Shown in pieces: positions 39,201 to 49,216 of a DNA stretch of 64,000 nucleotides (the first letter of the stretch is position 1; every line of letters starts with the position of its first letter). This DNA is from Tubulanus polymorphus (lineage: Eukaryota; Animalia; Nemertea): the NCBI RefSeq assembly GCF_964204645.1, contig NC_134032.1, positions 6,622,275 through 6,686,274 on the forward strand. The letters run 5' to 3'. A program made the translations under genes and the position numbers. The notes under the pieces were generated by a model. It was not told the origin of the DNA. It ran no database searches and was given only the letters and a program-made list of their open reading frames with translations.

Positions 39201-42200
39201 GTTGGAGAACTAGCGCGCAACTTCAACAATCGTGTCAAGCCTCGTCCGGTCGTAACAGTTCCGGTTCGTATCGAGGCAAGGGAAGGCTCCAAAAAGGGGC
39301 TCTTCCTTTCGGAAAAACTCGAAATGAATTCTTGGGACCAGTGGGAGGTTGTCTGCAGCAGGCAGCAACCCACTGGTCCGACCTCTTTGGAGACGGTTGG
39401 CCCTCCCGGGTCGTCTCTCGGGGCTACCGTCTCCGTTTCCTAAGGCGACCGCGCCTGATGAGGTCACCTCCCGACATGCGGCCAAAACCAGGTCAGGAGG
39501 CCTTAATCTCTCCGGCTCTCAAGGAACTGGCAGAGAAGGGAGCGATAGAACCAGTTTGCAACGAAACTTCTCCCGGCTGGTTTTCTCGAATATTCATGGT
39601 ACCAAAGGCCACAGGGGGTTAACGGACAGTGATAGATCTGTCATCCCTCAATCGGCACCTAGACATTCCAAGGTTCCGGATGACCAAGCCCAAGGACGTG
39701 ATTCAAGGGCTCCGTCCGGGTCAATGGGCGGCTTCATTGGACCTGAAGGATGCTTACTTTCAGGTTCCAATTCACCCAAAATCTCGGCGATTTCTCAGGA
39801 TAAAGTGGAAAGGCCGCCAGTTCCAATTCAGGTCTCTTCCATTTGGCCTCAGTACGGCCCCGTGGGTTTTCACCAAGTTGGTCAAGTCAGTTCAGAAGGT
39901 ACTTCAGTCAAGGGGTGTTCGACTGTTCGTTTACCTCGACGACTGGTTAATAGTCGCGAATTCGGCTCAGGAATGTCGGGAGGCAATGACCTCAGTCTTG
40001 GACTTAGTCCATCAGCTAGGGTTCCGCGTAAACAGGGAAAAATCTCAGTTGACGCCGGCCCAACAGTTCACTTATCTCGGCATGGACTTCGATCTCCGAA
40101 TCGGCAAAGTCTTTCCGTCTATGGTTCGAGTGGCCAAACTTCAAGAAGCTGTAGCGGGAGTGTCCACAACCCCGAGAACAGCTCGTTACTGGTCACGGCT
40201 TCTAGGCTCCATCAGGTCCATGGGTCTGGTGGTGCCCTTAGGCCGCCTCAGAAGCAGGCGCTTGCAACAATATTGGAAGGTCTTCTGGTCTCAGTCGAAG
40301 GGCAACTGGGAGGCCTTGATTCCCGTACCTCCAACCGATCTAAGTCCGGATCTTCAGTGGTGGGCGGCCACTACGAATCTTCGGCTCGGGGTGTCACTAG
40401 CCCCGTTAGAGGCTCAAGTTCGTGTATTCACGGATGCCAGTCACCAAGGTTGGGGGGCACATCTGGAGAACCGAGTCAAAGCCGGGAAATGGTCTCGCTA
40501 CGAGGCCACCAACCACATAAATTTCCTAGAAATGCTGGCCGTGTGGAAGGCCCTGAAGTTCTTTCACAGGAGAGTGGAGGGCCACCACGTTTGGTTAGCC
40601 ACGGACAATTCAACAGTGAGGGCTTACCTTCAGAACCAAGGGGGCACTCACTCAGAAACCCTCACAGGTCTGTCGGCCAAAATTCTTCTTTGGTGCCAGA
40701 CAAAGGGCGTGTCCCTGACTGTGGCACATTTAGCAGGGAAAAGGAACGTGATGGCCGATGCTCTGTCTCGTCGAGGTCAGGCTATTGCGACAGAATGGGT
40801 TCTCCACCAAGAAGTAGTCGATCGGGTTCGGGGCATTTTTGGCAATCCGCTGCTGGATCTGTTTGCCACCCGGTTCAATCGGAGGTGTCCTCTGTTTGTG
40901 TCCCCGTTTCCAGACGCGGAAGCGTGGGGGGTCGATGCCTTCTCTCTGGACTGGTCGGGGATGCATGCGTATGCGTTCCCGCCCACACCAGTCCTGCCGC
41001 GCCTACTGGATCAAATAGAGAGATCAGTCAATTGCAACATAGTTCTGGTAGCACCATGTTGGCCGGCTCAGAAATGGTTCCTACCACTTCTCAACCTACT
41101 GTGCGACAACCCCAGGATTCTTCCGAATTTCCCATCGCTTCTGTCTCAGGGGATCTTTCGGCATCATCCAAACAGCCAGTGGTTAAATCTGCTCGCCTGG
41201 CCATTGTCCATCGATCCTTGTCAGCTTCAGGCTTTTCAGAACAGGCTGCCTCCTTTATCGCAGGATCTAAGCGGCCATCAACAAGTACCATTTACGATGC
41301 CAAATGGAGTCATTTTGCGGATTGGTGTGCTGCAGGGGAAATTGATCCATGCTCACCCTCTGTAGCTCAATTGGCAGATTTTTTACTGCACCTATTTGTA
41401 GCAAAAGGTTTACAGGTCATAACTATTAAAGGTTACCGCTCCGCGATTTCTCATACATTGCGTGCTTCTGGATGGCCAAATGTAGCAGGGGATCATCGGA
41501 TATCCCAGCTGGTTGCTGGGTTTTCTATTTCCCGGCCTCGGGTAACAAGGACAGTTCCACCATGGGATCTGTCTGTAATTTTGAAGAAGTTAATGGAGGC
41601 TCCATTTGAACCTCTTTCGGCAGCGTCTTTTGCAAATTTGTCAAAAAAGACTGTATTTTTGCTGTTCTTGGCTTGCTCGGCCCGTCGCTCTGAGATTCAT
41701 GCGCTTTCAGTCCGACAAGGTCACATTGTCTTTGGGCCAGGGAATGAATTTGTTTCGCTGCGGCCTGCTTTGGAATTTTTGGCAAAGAACCAACGACCAG
41801 GCTCGGTTGGGCGTCAATGGCGAATTGAAGCCCTAAAACATCGAGTGGAACCGGGCATCCCGGACAGGACTTTATGTCCTGTGCGGGCGTTGTGTTTCTA
41901 TTTAGATCGCTCTGCTTCACGGAGGGGTTCACGGGAGCGGTTATTTATTCCGCTGCTGGATCACCTAAAGGGTGATATTTCGCGGGACACAGTAGCCCGA
42001 TGGGTCTCTTCAATGATCAAGGACATTTTATTGAAGGAGAATCTTTCCTCGGAGGGAGTCGTTTCTCATCAAGTGAGGTCTATGGCTACTTCCTGCGCAG
42101 CCTTTTCGGGTGCTCCGTTGGAGGAAGTCTGTCGGGCCGCCTTTTGGAATTCACCGTCGACATTCACGTCATTTTATTTACGGGATGTTTCAGGCCAGTT

Positions 42201-44989
42201 AGGCTCATTAGCTTCACTTGGTCCTGTTGTCATGGCTCAAGGTGTCCGTTCTTTCCGATCGGACCCTTTAGTGTAGAATATTTATGTAGCATTATCAGGA
42301 TCACAGGGGGTGTATCCTTGTACATAGTTTGGGCTCATATCTGCAAGTATTAATTTCGCAAAATTCTGGGGGGGGCTCCTGAGCTGGACGGACTCACTGT
42401 GGCCAACCGGTCTTCCCTGTGCTACAGTGCTCCTTCCGTGCTTGGGTAAGTGCTCTCTTTTTCCCTCTTACCTTGCGTTTGAGCGGTGGTTTTTCTATCT
42501 ACCTTTCCCACCATCCTTGTGCTAGGCTAGTCTAGCAAAAACCATAGGAAAGGGTACAGTACTCGATGGAAATATTACAATTTTTGGAACTAAAATTTGT
42601 ATTTCCGAGTAGTACTTACCCTTTCCTATGGTGGGAATCCCGCCCACCTGCCCCGCATAGCTGTTTTTTTTTTTTTGGTCTGCTATGACGAAAAAAGATG
42701 GCGGATTTCGCCGGTGGCTAAATGCAATACCGCAGGGCCGGGTCGTATAGAAAAACCATTGGCGATAAATCCAAATTTAGAAAATATTGGCAAAAACCAT
42801 AGGAAAGGGTAAGTACTACTCGGAAATACAAATTTTAGTTCCAAAAATTGTAATTTTGTCAGCACAACCGCTACATACTTAGAAGTACCGGTATTGAATT
42901 AAATCATATTCTCCATTGATAGATTTTCCCTCAGTAGAGTTCATATTTATGGAGTTATAAGTGAGTTATATAGTGTTCAAAGCATCACTGCTTGGAAATA
43001 ACCCCCAGTTTATGAGGATTGACTTTGCAAACTGGAGGATGTGTTTCTTTTTAAAAAATGTTGGTCACACTTTAAGAGACATCTTGCTAGGTTGGTCCAG
43101 AGACTTTATTACAATCTTCAACACCCAAAGCAGCTTTTCATGCGCGTTGGAAGCAATTTGATCGCCGCGGCTAATTGCCCATTTTGACAGGTTCTATAAT
43201 AATATAATGCCGTGGCGAATTTACTTCAATTTCTTCAAAAACGTGGCATTCAAAGAAAAAAACGCCATTCAGTGAATTATTGGCAGTCGCCACTGCTTTT
43301 TAGCCCACTTGGGACTTTAGTCCCAGTGGGCTATTGCGTTCACTTTTTGTCCGTCGGTTTTTGTATGTGGCCACCAGGGGGTGTTGAATAATACAATAAC
43401 TTAGTATTTCTATATTATATTTGTACCTATGTATATTTTGTTACCACAATCGATTGCAAAGTTGAAGCTCATGACATCTTCCATGATTTTGGTGAGTTTT
43501 AAGGACATTAGTTATTCTATATGGTCAACAGAGGGCGTTGAATAGTAGAATAACTAAGTATTTCCTTATTAGATTGGTACCTAGGCATATTTTGTTACCA
43601 TGATCAATTGCAAAGTTGTATTTCATGACATGTACTACGATTGTGGTGAGTTTTAACGGCATTGGGTTTTGCATATGACCGGGCCGGCTGGCTAGACCAC
43701 ACGATATGCTTGAAGTCATGATGAAGCAGACATCAGAAGAGCTATTTCTTCAACCATGGAGGCAATGCAGTTGCATTGACAATGTTCAATAAAAAATTAA
43801 ACCACTACTCAGTACAGTCGAAGACCTGTATCATCTACCCAATCGCCAAATCTCATAATTCCCCAAATTTCTTAAAACTTCGATTTCAAATTTGCAATTC
43901 CACATTTAGATTATCCCAGAAATTCTACATTAGTTTCGCAGGCGTCAAATAATTTATTAAAATTAATTTTCTTGTTTATATCCATTCTACAATGTAGCAT
44001 TTATCAAATAAGTGAAAGGTTTATTAATGGTAACATTCACAGAAATCGTAGATGCGGTCTCACCCGACGCACTGCCCTGAGTACAGGCCCGATACACAAG
44101 TTACTGTCATGGGGTCAGCAGTCAATGTTGATAGATTAATTGCCTATGTAGGTTCTCCATTTTCTCATTTGGCAGTATCGTTAATTTGTTGAGTGATGGA
44201 TAGTAATAGATTATCACATAGGCCTACCAGGTACCGGTAATGAAAACATGCGTCCGGTGCCTTGTCCAACAAGGGGTATCCCGTGGAAAAACACGGTTAC
44301 TATGTATAGTAAAAATGAAGAAATTCTGTGTTTTTGGAAAATTCCGCGATTCCGTGATTCCGCGATATGACAACACCGGCGATTGGCTGCTGAATGCTCT
44401 GCCATTTTGGTACACTTAAATTTTTCTTGCTGGTGACAAGTGGCACATGGAACAAGTTGATGAGAAACAGCCCTCAGAATATCTCATGGTTTGATAAGGG
44501 AATTTGATTTTTTGGTGTCTCCCTTTGGTGTTCATGGGATATCGCATAATTCAATCAGGGAGTTTTTGGTCAAGGTCGGGGAAATATCAAGAAATTTAGG
44601 ATTCACTGATCATGACGAACCCTCCGTACCATCGGTTAGGTTCTGAATATCTTAGAAAAACGAAAAGGCTCGCTGTGAAAAATTAACAAATGGATTTCAA
44701 ATTATTTCACAAAGATTTACCTTATGATTTCCTTTGTCTTCCAGAATTGAAACGGAAAGTCGCGATTGCCGAAGGGCGAAAGCTAAAACTCCAAAACGAC
44801 ACACAACGATTTTCGCAGCTGCTTCGCATGTCCTCGAACAAGGACGTCATCGGTCAACATTCAACTTCGACAGCCGTTAGAAACTGGTCAGTGGATGAGA
44901 CTGGCGGTGAATCCCGGAATCGTAAGGGAGGGTCGTCTATGCCATCTCTGTATTCGGGCTTCCTTAAAAATGAACCGGTGACTCCATAA
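27211..44989 (+). CDS. GMEB: GMEB-like SAND (KDWK) domain transcription factor, 6 exons, ~449 aa
   Basis: Exons 27211-27276 (first exon least certain), 29761-29984, 30396-30955, 33325-33456, 33660-33782, 44745-44989; phases join and the total is 1350 nt. SAND domain with CPGI...VTPKNF...GKSSLKDWKTAIRING, followed by the GMEB-type LDFYEH..CT.RC zinc motif, the FW..I.D.GL.DEV block and a coiled coil. Confidence 0.85.
28075..28861. mobile_element. Tc1/pogo-like MITE (TA TSD)
   Basis: Perfect 25-bp TIR CAGTGGAACCTCGTTCTAACGAACT with TA on both sides. Confidence 0.9.
31187..33034 (+). mobile_element. Helentron/HINE-like element with 154-bp core repeats and a duplicated 3' end
   Basis: T-run, then 5' hairpin A(G/A)CCCACTTGGGAC..GTCCCAG(C/T)GGGCT, (TCCG)n microsatellite, about 3 units of 154 bp, subterminal IR CCCAAGTGGGC. 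CTAGTT end at 32287 and again at 33034. Confidence 0.85.
32489..32977. mobile_element. hAT-like MITE with 6-bp TSD
   Basis: TIR CAGAGTTGCCACTT, TSD TTGTTG (empty site visible in the other HINE copies), subterminal TCCGGA repeats. Confidence 0.85.
33855..34215 (+). mobile_element. HINE-like 5' fragment
   Basis: Same 5' hairpin and microsatellite; truncated. Confidence 0.75.
35399..36194. mobile_element. Unclassified non-autonomous DNA transposon
   Basis: TIR TGCAGGTGTCAATGAATGACCTGAA, TTA on both flanks, inner inverted GAGGCATTCGA motifs. Confidence 0.78.
37047..39327 (+). pseudogene. DIRS gag-like ORF1 (frameshifted)
   Basis: N-terminal Cys/His cluster CGH.....DNHDSCASC...C....PCNIC..W and an RS-rich region. 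The frame changes within about 37544-37630 (ACCGGT-rich repeats) into the 37979 ORF. The likely native end is ...PKRGSSFRKNSK* in a third frame. Confidence 0.75.
39328..41365 (+). pseudogene. DIRS pol: reverse transcriptase, RNase H and Dam-like methyltransferase domain, with one in-frame stop
   Basis: PVGG.L, FSRIFMVPKATGG*RTVIDL (TAA at 39620-39622), LDLKDAYFQVPI, LPFGL, YLDD. RNase H motifs TDAS, INFLEM, TDN, NVMADALSR. MT motifs DLFA, YAFPP, LVAPCWP..WF. Confidence 0.92.
39349..42276 (+). CDS. DIRS tyrosine recombinase ORF (975 aa), overlapping pol in another frame
   Basis: Catalytic residues R (SARRSEI), K (FLAKNQ), HxxR (SHQVRS), W (AAFW) and Y (TFTSFYLRD) are intact. The YR-like part starts at about 41200. 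Confidence 0.93.
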   Translation: MSAAGSNPLVRPLWRRLALPGRLSGLPSPFPKATAPDEVTSRHAAKTRSGGLNLSGSQGTGREGSDRTSLQRNFSRLVFSNIHGTKGHRGLTDSDRSVIPQSAPRHSKVPDDQAQGRDSRAPSGSMGGFIGPEGCLLSGSNSPKISAISQDKVERPPVPIQVSSIWPQYGPVGFHQVGQVSSEGTSVKGCSTVRLPRRLVNSREFGSGMSGGNDLSLGLSPSARVPRKQGKISVDAGPTVHLSRHGLRSPNRQSLSVYGSSGQTSRSCSGSVHNPENSSLLVTASRLHQVHGSGGALRPPQKQALATILEGLLVSVEGQLGGLDSRTSNRSKSGSSVVGGHYESSARGVTSPVRGSSSCIHGCQSPRLGGTSGEPSQSREMVSLRGHQPHKFPRNAGRVEGPEVLSQESGGPPRLVSHGQFNSEGLPSEPRGHSLRNPHRSVGQNSSLVPDKGRVPDCGTFSREKERDGRCSVSSRSGYCDRMGSPPRSSRSGSGHFWQSAAGSVCHPVQSEVSSVCVPVSRRGSVGGRCLLSGLVGDACVCVPAHTSPAAPTGSNREISQLQHSSGSTMLAGSEMVPTTSQPTVRQPQDSSEFPIASVSGDLSASSKQPVVKSARLAIVHRSLSASGFSEQAASFIAGSKRPSTSTIYDAKWSHFADWCAAGEIDPCSPSVAQLADFLLHLFVAKGLQVITIKGYRSAISHTLRASGWPNVAGDHRISQLVAGFSISRPRVTRTVPPWDLSVILKKLMEAPFEPLSAASFANLSKKTVFLLFLACSARRSEIHALSVRQGHIVFGPGNEFVSLRPALEFLAKNQRPGSVGRQWRIEALKHRVEPGIPDRTLCPVRALCFYLDRSASRRGSRERLFIPLLDHLKGDISRDTVARWVSSMIKDILLKENLSSEGVVSHQVRSMATSCAAFSGAPLEEVCRAAFWNSPSTFTSFYLRDVSGQLGSLASLGPVVMAQGVRSFRSDPLV
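43297..43680 (+). mobile_element. HINE-like internally deleted copy
   Basis: 5' hairpin joined directly to about 2 core units. Confidence 0.78.
44110..44378. mobile_element. Partial, uninterrupted copy of the 2560-8175 MITE
   Basis: Colinear with 2930-2952 + 3789-3891 + 7181-7312 + 8167-8175. Confidence 0.75.
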
Positions 44990-47338
44990 AATCGTTTCTT
45001 TCAATTGATAAGTGGATATGCAATCGACATCGGTGAAGTTGTCACCGGATAAGTCATCATGTTTGTTGAGTTGTCTCTATATATTGTTTTGAGTGCTAAT
45101 TTGTTTTTTCCGATTGAGTAGTAGGCTAAATACAACTCAGTGTAAATTCTCATTTGGATGATCAGTCATTTTTGAGCCGCATTTCATATTTGTAATTTCA
45201 CTTTCTTATGTGTAAGTGGTCTTTTGAATTATTCATCACATTGCTGAAATTTTCTTTTTTTTAGACCAAATTTATGTTTTCATTCAATTTACTACGGTAA
45301 GGGAAAGTCTTCGTTCGGATAAATCGTCACATAACTGAAGTCGTCCCAATTCGTCTACTTGTTCCTATTCTTTATCCATTCCATATTCTATAATTCAAAT
45401 GCTTTTCTTTTGATTGACTCCACGAAAAACTATCATTCCTTCGAATCGCCGATATGCAATATTTGAGTTGAAAGACTCAAGCTTTAGAGTAATAATTTTA
45501 ATAACCTCTTTAGCGCCAGAGGCGGCTGTAGTTGTCACTAGATTCCTACTGCTGACCACAATAGTAGTGTATGATATGCATGTAATGTCTATTTCATCTT
45601 TGTTTGAGAGGACGTTGGATCAGCTCAGTCAGTTTTCGTATTACTTGTTCATAACCTCATGAAGTTCCAGCAAAGATGGGCAGTTGAACTAAAACATTTA
45701 TTTTTAATCCATTTCTCACTTTATTAAAGGATTGCCAAAAAGAGTTCATTGAATGGGGTTGCATCATAGAAGAAACACCATTTTAATTGAATCAAGATTT
45801 AACAGTCTACCTCACTTTTATTGTCAGTGTGTAATTCATCATTCTAGCTTAATCGTCATTTTTCTTTGAAAACTGATAAATGCTTTTTTATTTCCTTCTG
45901 TGGTTTATTTGTCATTCGTAAGTCATTATTTAGCTATAATCATCACTATTTTGCTGGTCCCGTAGTTCCGCTTATATGTAAAATAGCATCGGAAAAACCG
46001 ACACTGGATAAATGAATATAAAAACAGGTGCAGGGCTTTATATATTAATCAGACCAAACTTTCTTGACACACAGTCAACTATACACTATACAACTATACT
46101 ATATATTAGCAACTATACACAAAAAATTGCTAAATCACACGTGTTCATTCATTCATAGTAGAAAATTGTTGACAGTGAAAAGTTGACAGTCTTTGTCTGT
46201 GTAGCTTAAGTTCAATGAATAGCCAAACCTTGTTACAAACTCAAAACGGAGTCGTTATTACCCGGTACGTAGCAATTTTTATTTTCACCTCATTATGGGT
46301 AAACATGGGGCATTCCTAGCCCATCAGATACATCCCATGATTAAGTGGGTTCTTTGAATGAACAAAGACTGGTGATACGAGTCAGAGAGTCAAAATGCAC
46401 TTAATTCGTCAATCGGATCAATCGTTATATTTCGGTTGGTCCTTAAAGTGGTGGTTAAAGCCAGGTCGATGTTACTATGAGAACTGACTGAGCTAGGACT
46501 CCTCAAGCAAAGATAAAATAGACATAAGTATATATAGTGATAGGAAAGTGAGTGGTTGTATAACTTTCGACTTATGATCATCAACCATCTGCTACTTGCT
46601 AGATCAAACTATTCCATGTAGATGGTGGCACCACCATTAAAAGTGATCCCAATCATAGAAAACTAAAAGTAGTGTTATATATGTATTGAAACCTGTCTAC
46701 AGTGAATGCCTGTGGAACTGAGCAAGAAGTATTCATTAACTGAGGTGCTCCATGGCCAGATCTATGAAAATTGGAAGGCAGGGGTTCAGAAAAAAGAAAA
46801 GATACAATTTTCAGATAAGCAGAGACGTCAAAGGTCACTAGTGGGGTTCCAGTGGGGTGATATGGGGCAGCGCCCAGTTTCCTCCTGCGAAAGCACAACT
46901 ACAAATCAAGCCAACACCTTGAATATGTATTTCAGTAGGGAGATAAATTGAACCTTTCGATGCAGAAAAAGTGTTTGCTGTCCGTTAAAGAGAGGGCTTC
47001 ACTGTGGGGAAGTACTGATGTATGTATCTTAGATAGGAATGTTTAGTACTAGGCTGTGGGGAAGTAATAATTTATGTATCTTAGACAAGAATATTTTTCG
47101 AATCCTTGAGGATTTACTCTAGTTCCTTGTACTGTCTAATTATACATAGAGCTGTGGAAGTCAAGAGAATTAACAAATTGTCACTATGAGATATCTTGTA
47201 GTTCCGGTGCTAAAGGCCGACGGGTGGCCGCTGATTGCGAAGATAATCTTTCTATGTTTTGAAAAGTTTGCATTTAAATTTGCCATTTTTTTCTTCATAT
47301 TTTAAGAGGTACTTGAATTAAGAGTCATGTATTGGCTG

Positions 47339-48533
47339 TTTAGCCTACTTGGGACTTTAGTCCCAGCGGGCTATTGCGTTCAATTTTCGTCCGTCGTCCG
47401 TCCGTCTGTCCGTAGACGGAATCCAGTTATCTTGGGAAGTTTTGAAGACGCTTCAATGTAATGTCTTGATATTTGAGTTACACGTGTATCTACCCTAGAC
47501 ACAAATCAGCACTTTTAACACGTTTTTGAACTTTTGGAGGGAAATTTTGAAGACGCCCCTGTGATCAATTACCTGGATCATTGGTATTTATGTGAATCTC
47601 CCCAGGGCCCATCAGCATAACAAAAATTGGGTCGATTAGGCTCAAGATGGCCGTCCTATGACCCTATTAGTGCCAAAAAATGTCAATTTTGGCCCGAATT
47701 CTGAGTCCTGTAGCTTCCTACTTGTTTGCGCTTTTTCATTGCAATTGCTGATGGGTATCCTTTGGAAAGGGATGTTTTATGACAGAGACATGTATTTTTG
47801 ATCGGCCAATTATGACGCAATTGGCGGCATCTTGACATCTTGGTATCATCGGTACTCATTCGTTGGTGGGAAAAAGTTTTTCAACATTATGTTGATACCT
47901 AAGCATATTTTGTTACCACAATGAATTAGAAAAGTGTAGCGTATAATGGGTTCTATGATTGTGATAAATTTCAAGGTTATTGGTTTTTGTATATGGCCAC
48001 CAGTTTTGTATATACAATATCTTAGTATTTCTATATTATATTTGTACCAATGCATAATTTGTTACCACAATCAATTGCAGTTGTAGCTCATGACATCGTC
48101 TATGATTGTGGTGAGTTTTAAGGACATAAGTTATTCTATATGGTCACCAGGGGGTGCTGAATAGTGTAATAACTAAGTATTTCCTTATTATATTGGTACC
48201 TAGGCATATCTTGTTACCATGATCAATTGCAAAACTGTAGTTCATGACATGTTCTATGATTGTGGTGAATTTCAAGGTCATTTGGTTTTGAATATGGTCA
48301 CCAGGGTGTGCTGAATAGTAGAATAAATTTGTATTTCCGTAGTAAATTGGTAACAAGGCATATTTTGTTATCACAATCAATTACAAAATGGTAGCTGCTG
48401 ACATATTCTATGATTGTGGTGAGTTTCAAGGTCATTGGTTTTTGTATATGGTCACCAGGGGGCGTTGAATATTGAAATTGTTAGACTATTGAGCATTTGA
48501 AACCACTTCCACGGTGTCCCTGGACCCCTAGTT
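47339..48533 (+). mobile_element. HINE-like element (about 4 core units)
   Basis: Full 5' and 3' termini as in the 31187 copy. Confidence 0.85.
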
Positions 48534-48741
48534 GTGGAAAGAATTTAATTGATGTTTTAACTAATTAATATATGCATACGATAAATGTTAAGAGATTTCT
48601 GCTTTTTTAGGCAAAACCTGTTATCGTTGCTTTGCAGCTATATTCTAGAATTAGATTTTTAGCCCATGCTGGGCAAGATCAACCTTATTGGCGCTTTTGA
48701 AGATTTTTTGAAAGTTTCAAGAGAATTTTAAGATGCTTTAA

Positions 48742-49216
48742 CCCATAAGCACTGTAGTGTCAATTACTCCTCAGAAAATTCATGGGAAAATCTTAAGTTT
48801 ATTACGATACCGAATAGCTCATTTGTTGTTTATTTTCATGCACTACAAGTTAGTGTTATTTTGTAGTAAATAGCCAAGGCCTTTCTATGATATAAGATTT
48901 GATGAGGTAGGCCACCAAAATCGTGTCCTTTCCCCCCCCCCCCCCTGAAATTCATCCAAACTTACTTGGATTTGAAGTGAGCGCTCAGGTCTGTTGTCAT
49001 GTTTATACTCCTTATACTTGAGAATTTGAAATGGGAAGATGTTGATTCCTGTTTGGTATTTTGAGGACTCGGGTGTCTAATTTATCATTAGGTATTAGGT
49101 TCAAATCCCACTATAACCGTTTTTGTGCAGCAAACGATAAAACTGTCAGGACGGATTCAGGCGAGTTAAGGAGTAATAATGGCAGGGTGGATATGGGCGG
49201 CTTGAGTGGTAATGGG
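48742..49216. mobile_element. piggyBac-type MITE, paralog of 9187-9676
   Basis: TTAA flanks, CCCAT..ATGGG termini, reverse-complement similarity throughout. Confidence 0.8.

Larger units (their letters stand above)
36704..42853 (+). mobile_element. DIRS1-type tyrosine-recombinase retrotransposon with complete termini
   Basis: Left ITR 36704-36843 and right ITR 42690-42853 (inverted, one mismatch seen over ~120 bp). Internal complementary region 42535-42632 matches the outer end of the left ITR and the 3' extension of the right ITR. No TSD. Carries gag, RT-RNaseH-MT and YR ORFs. Lies in sense orientation in the last GMEB intron. Confidence 0.96.
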
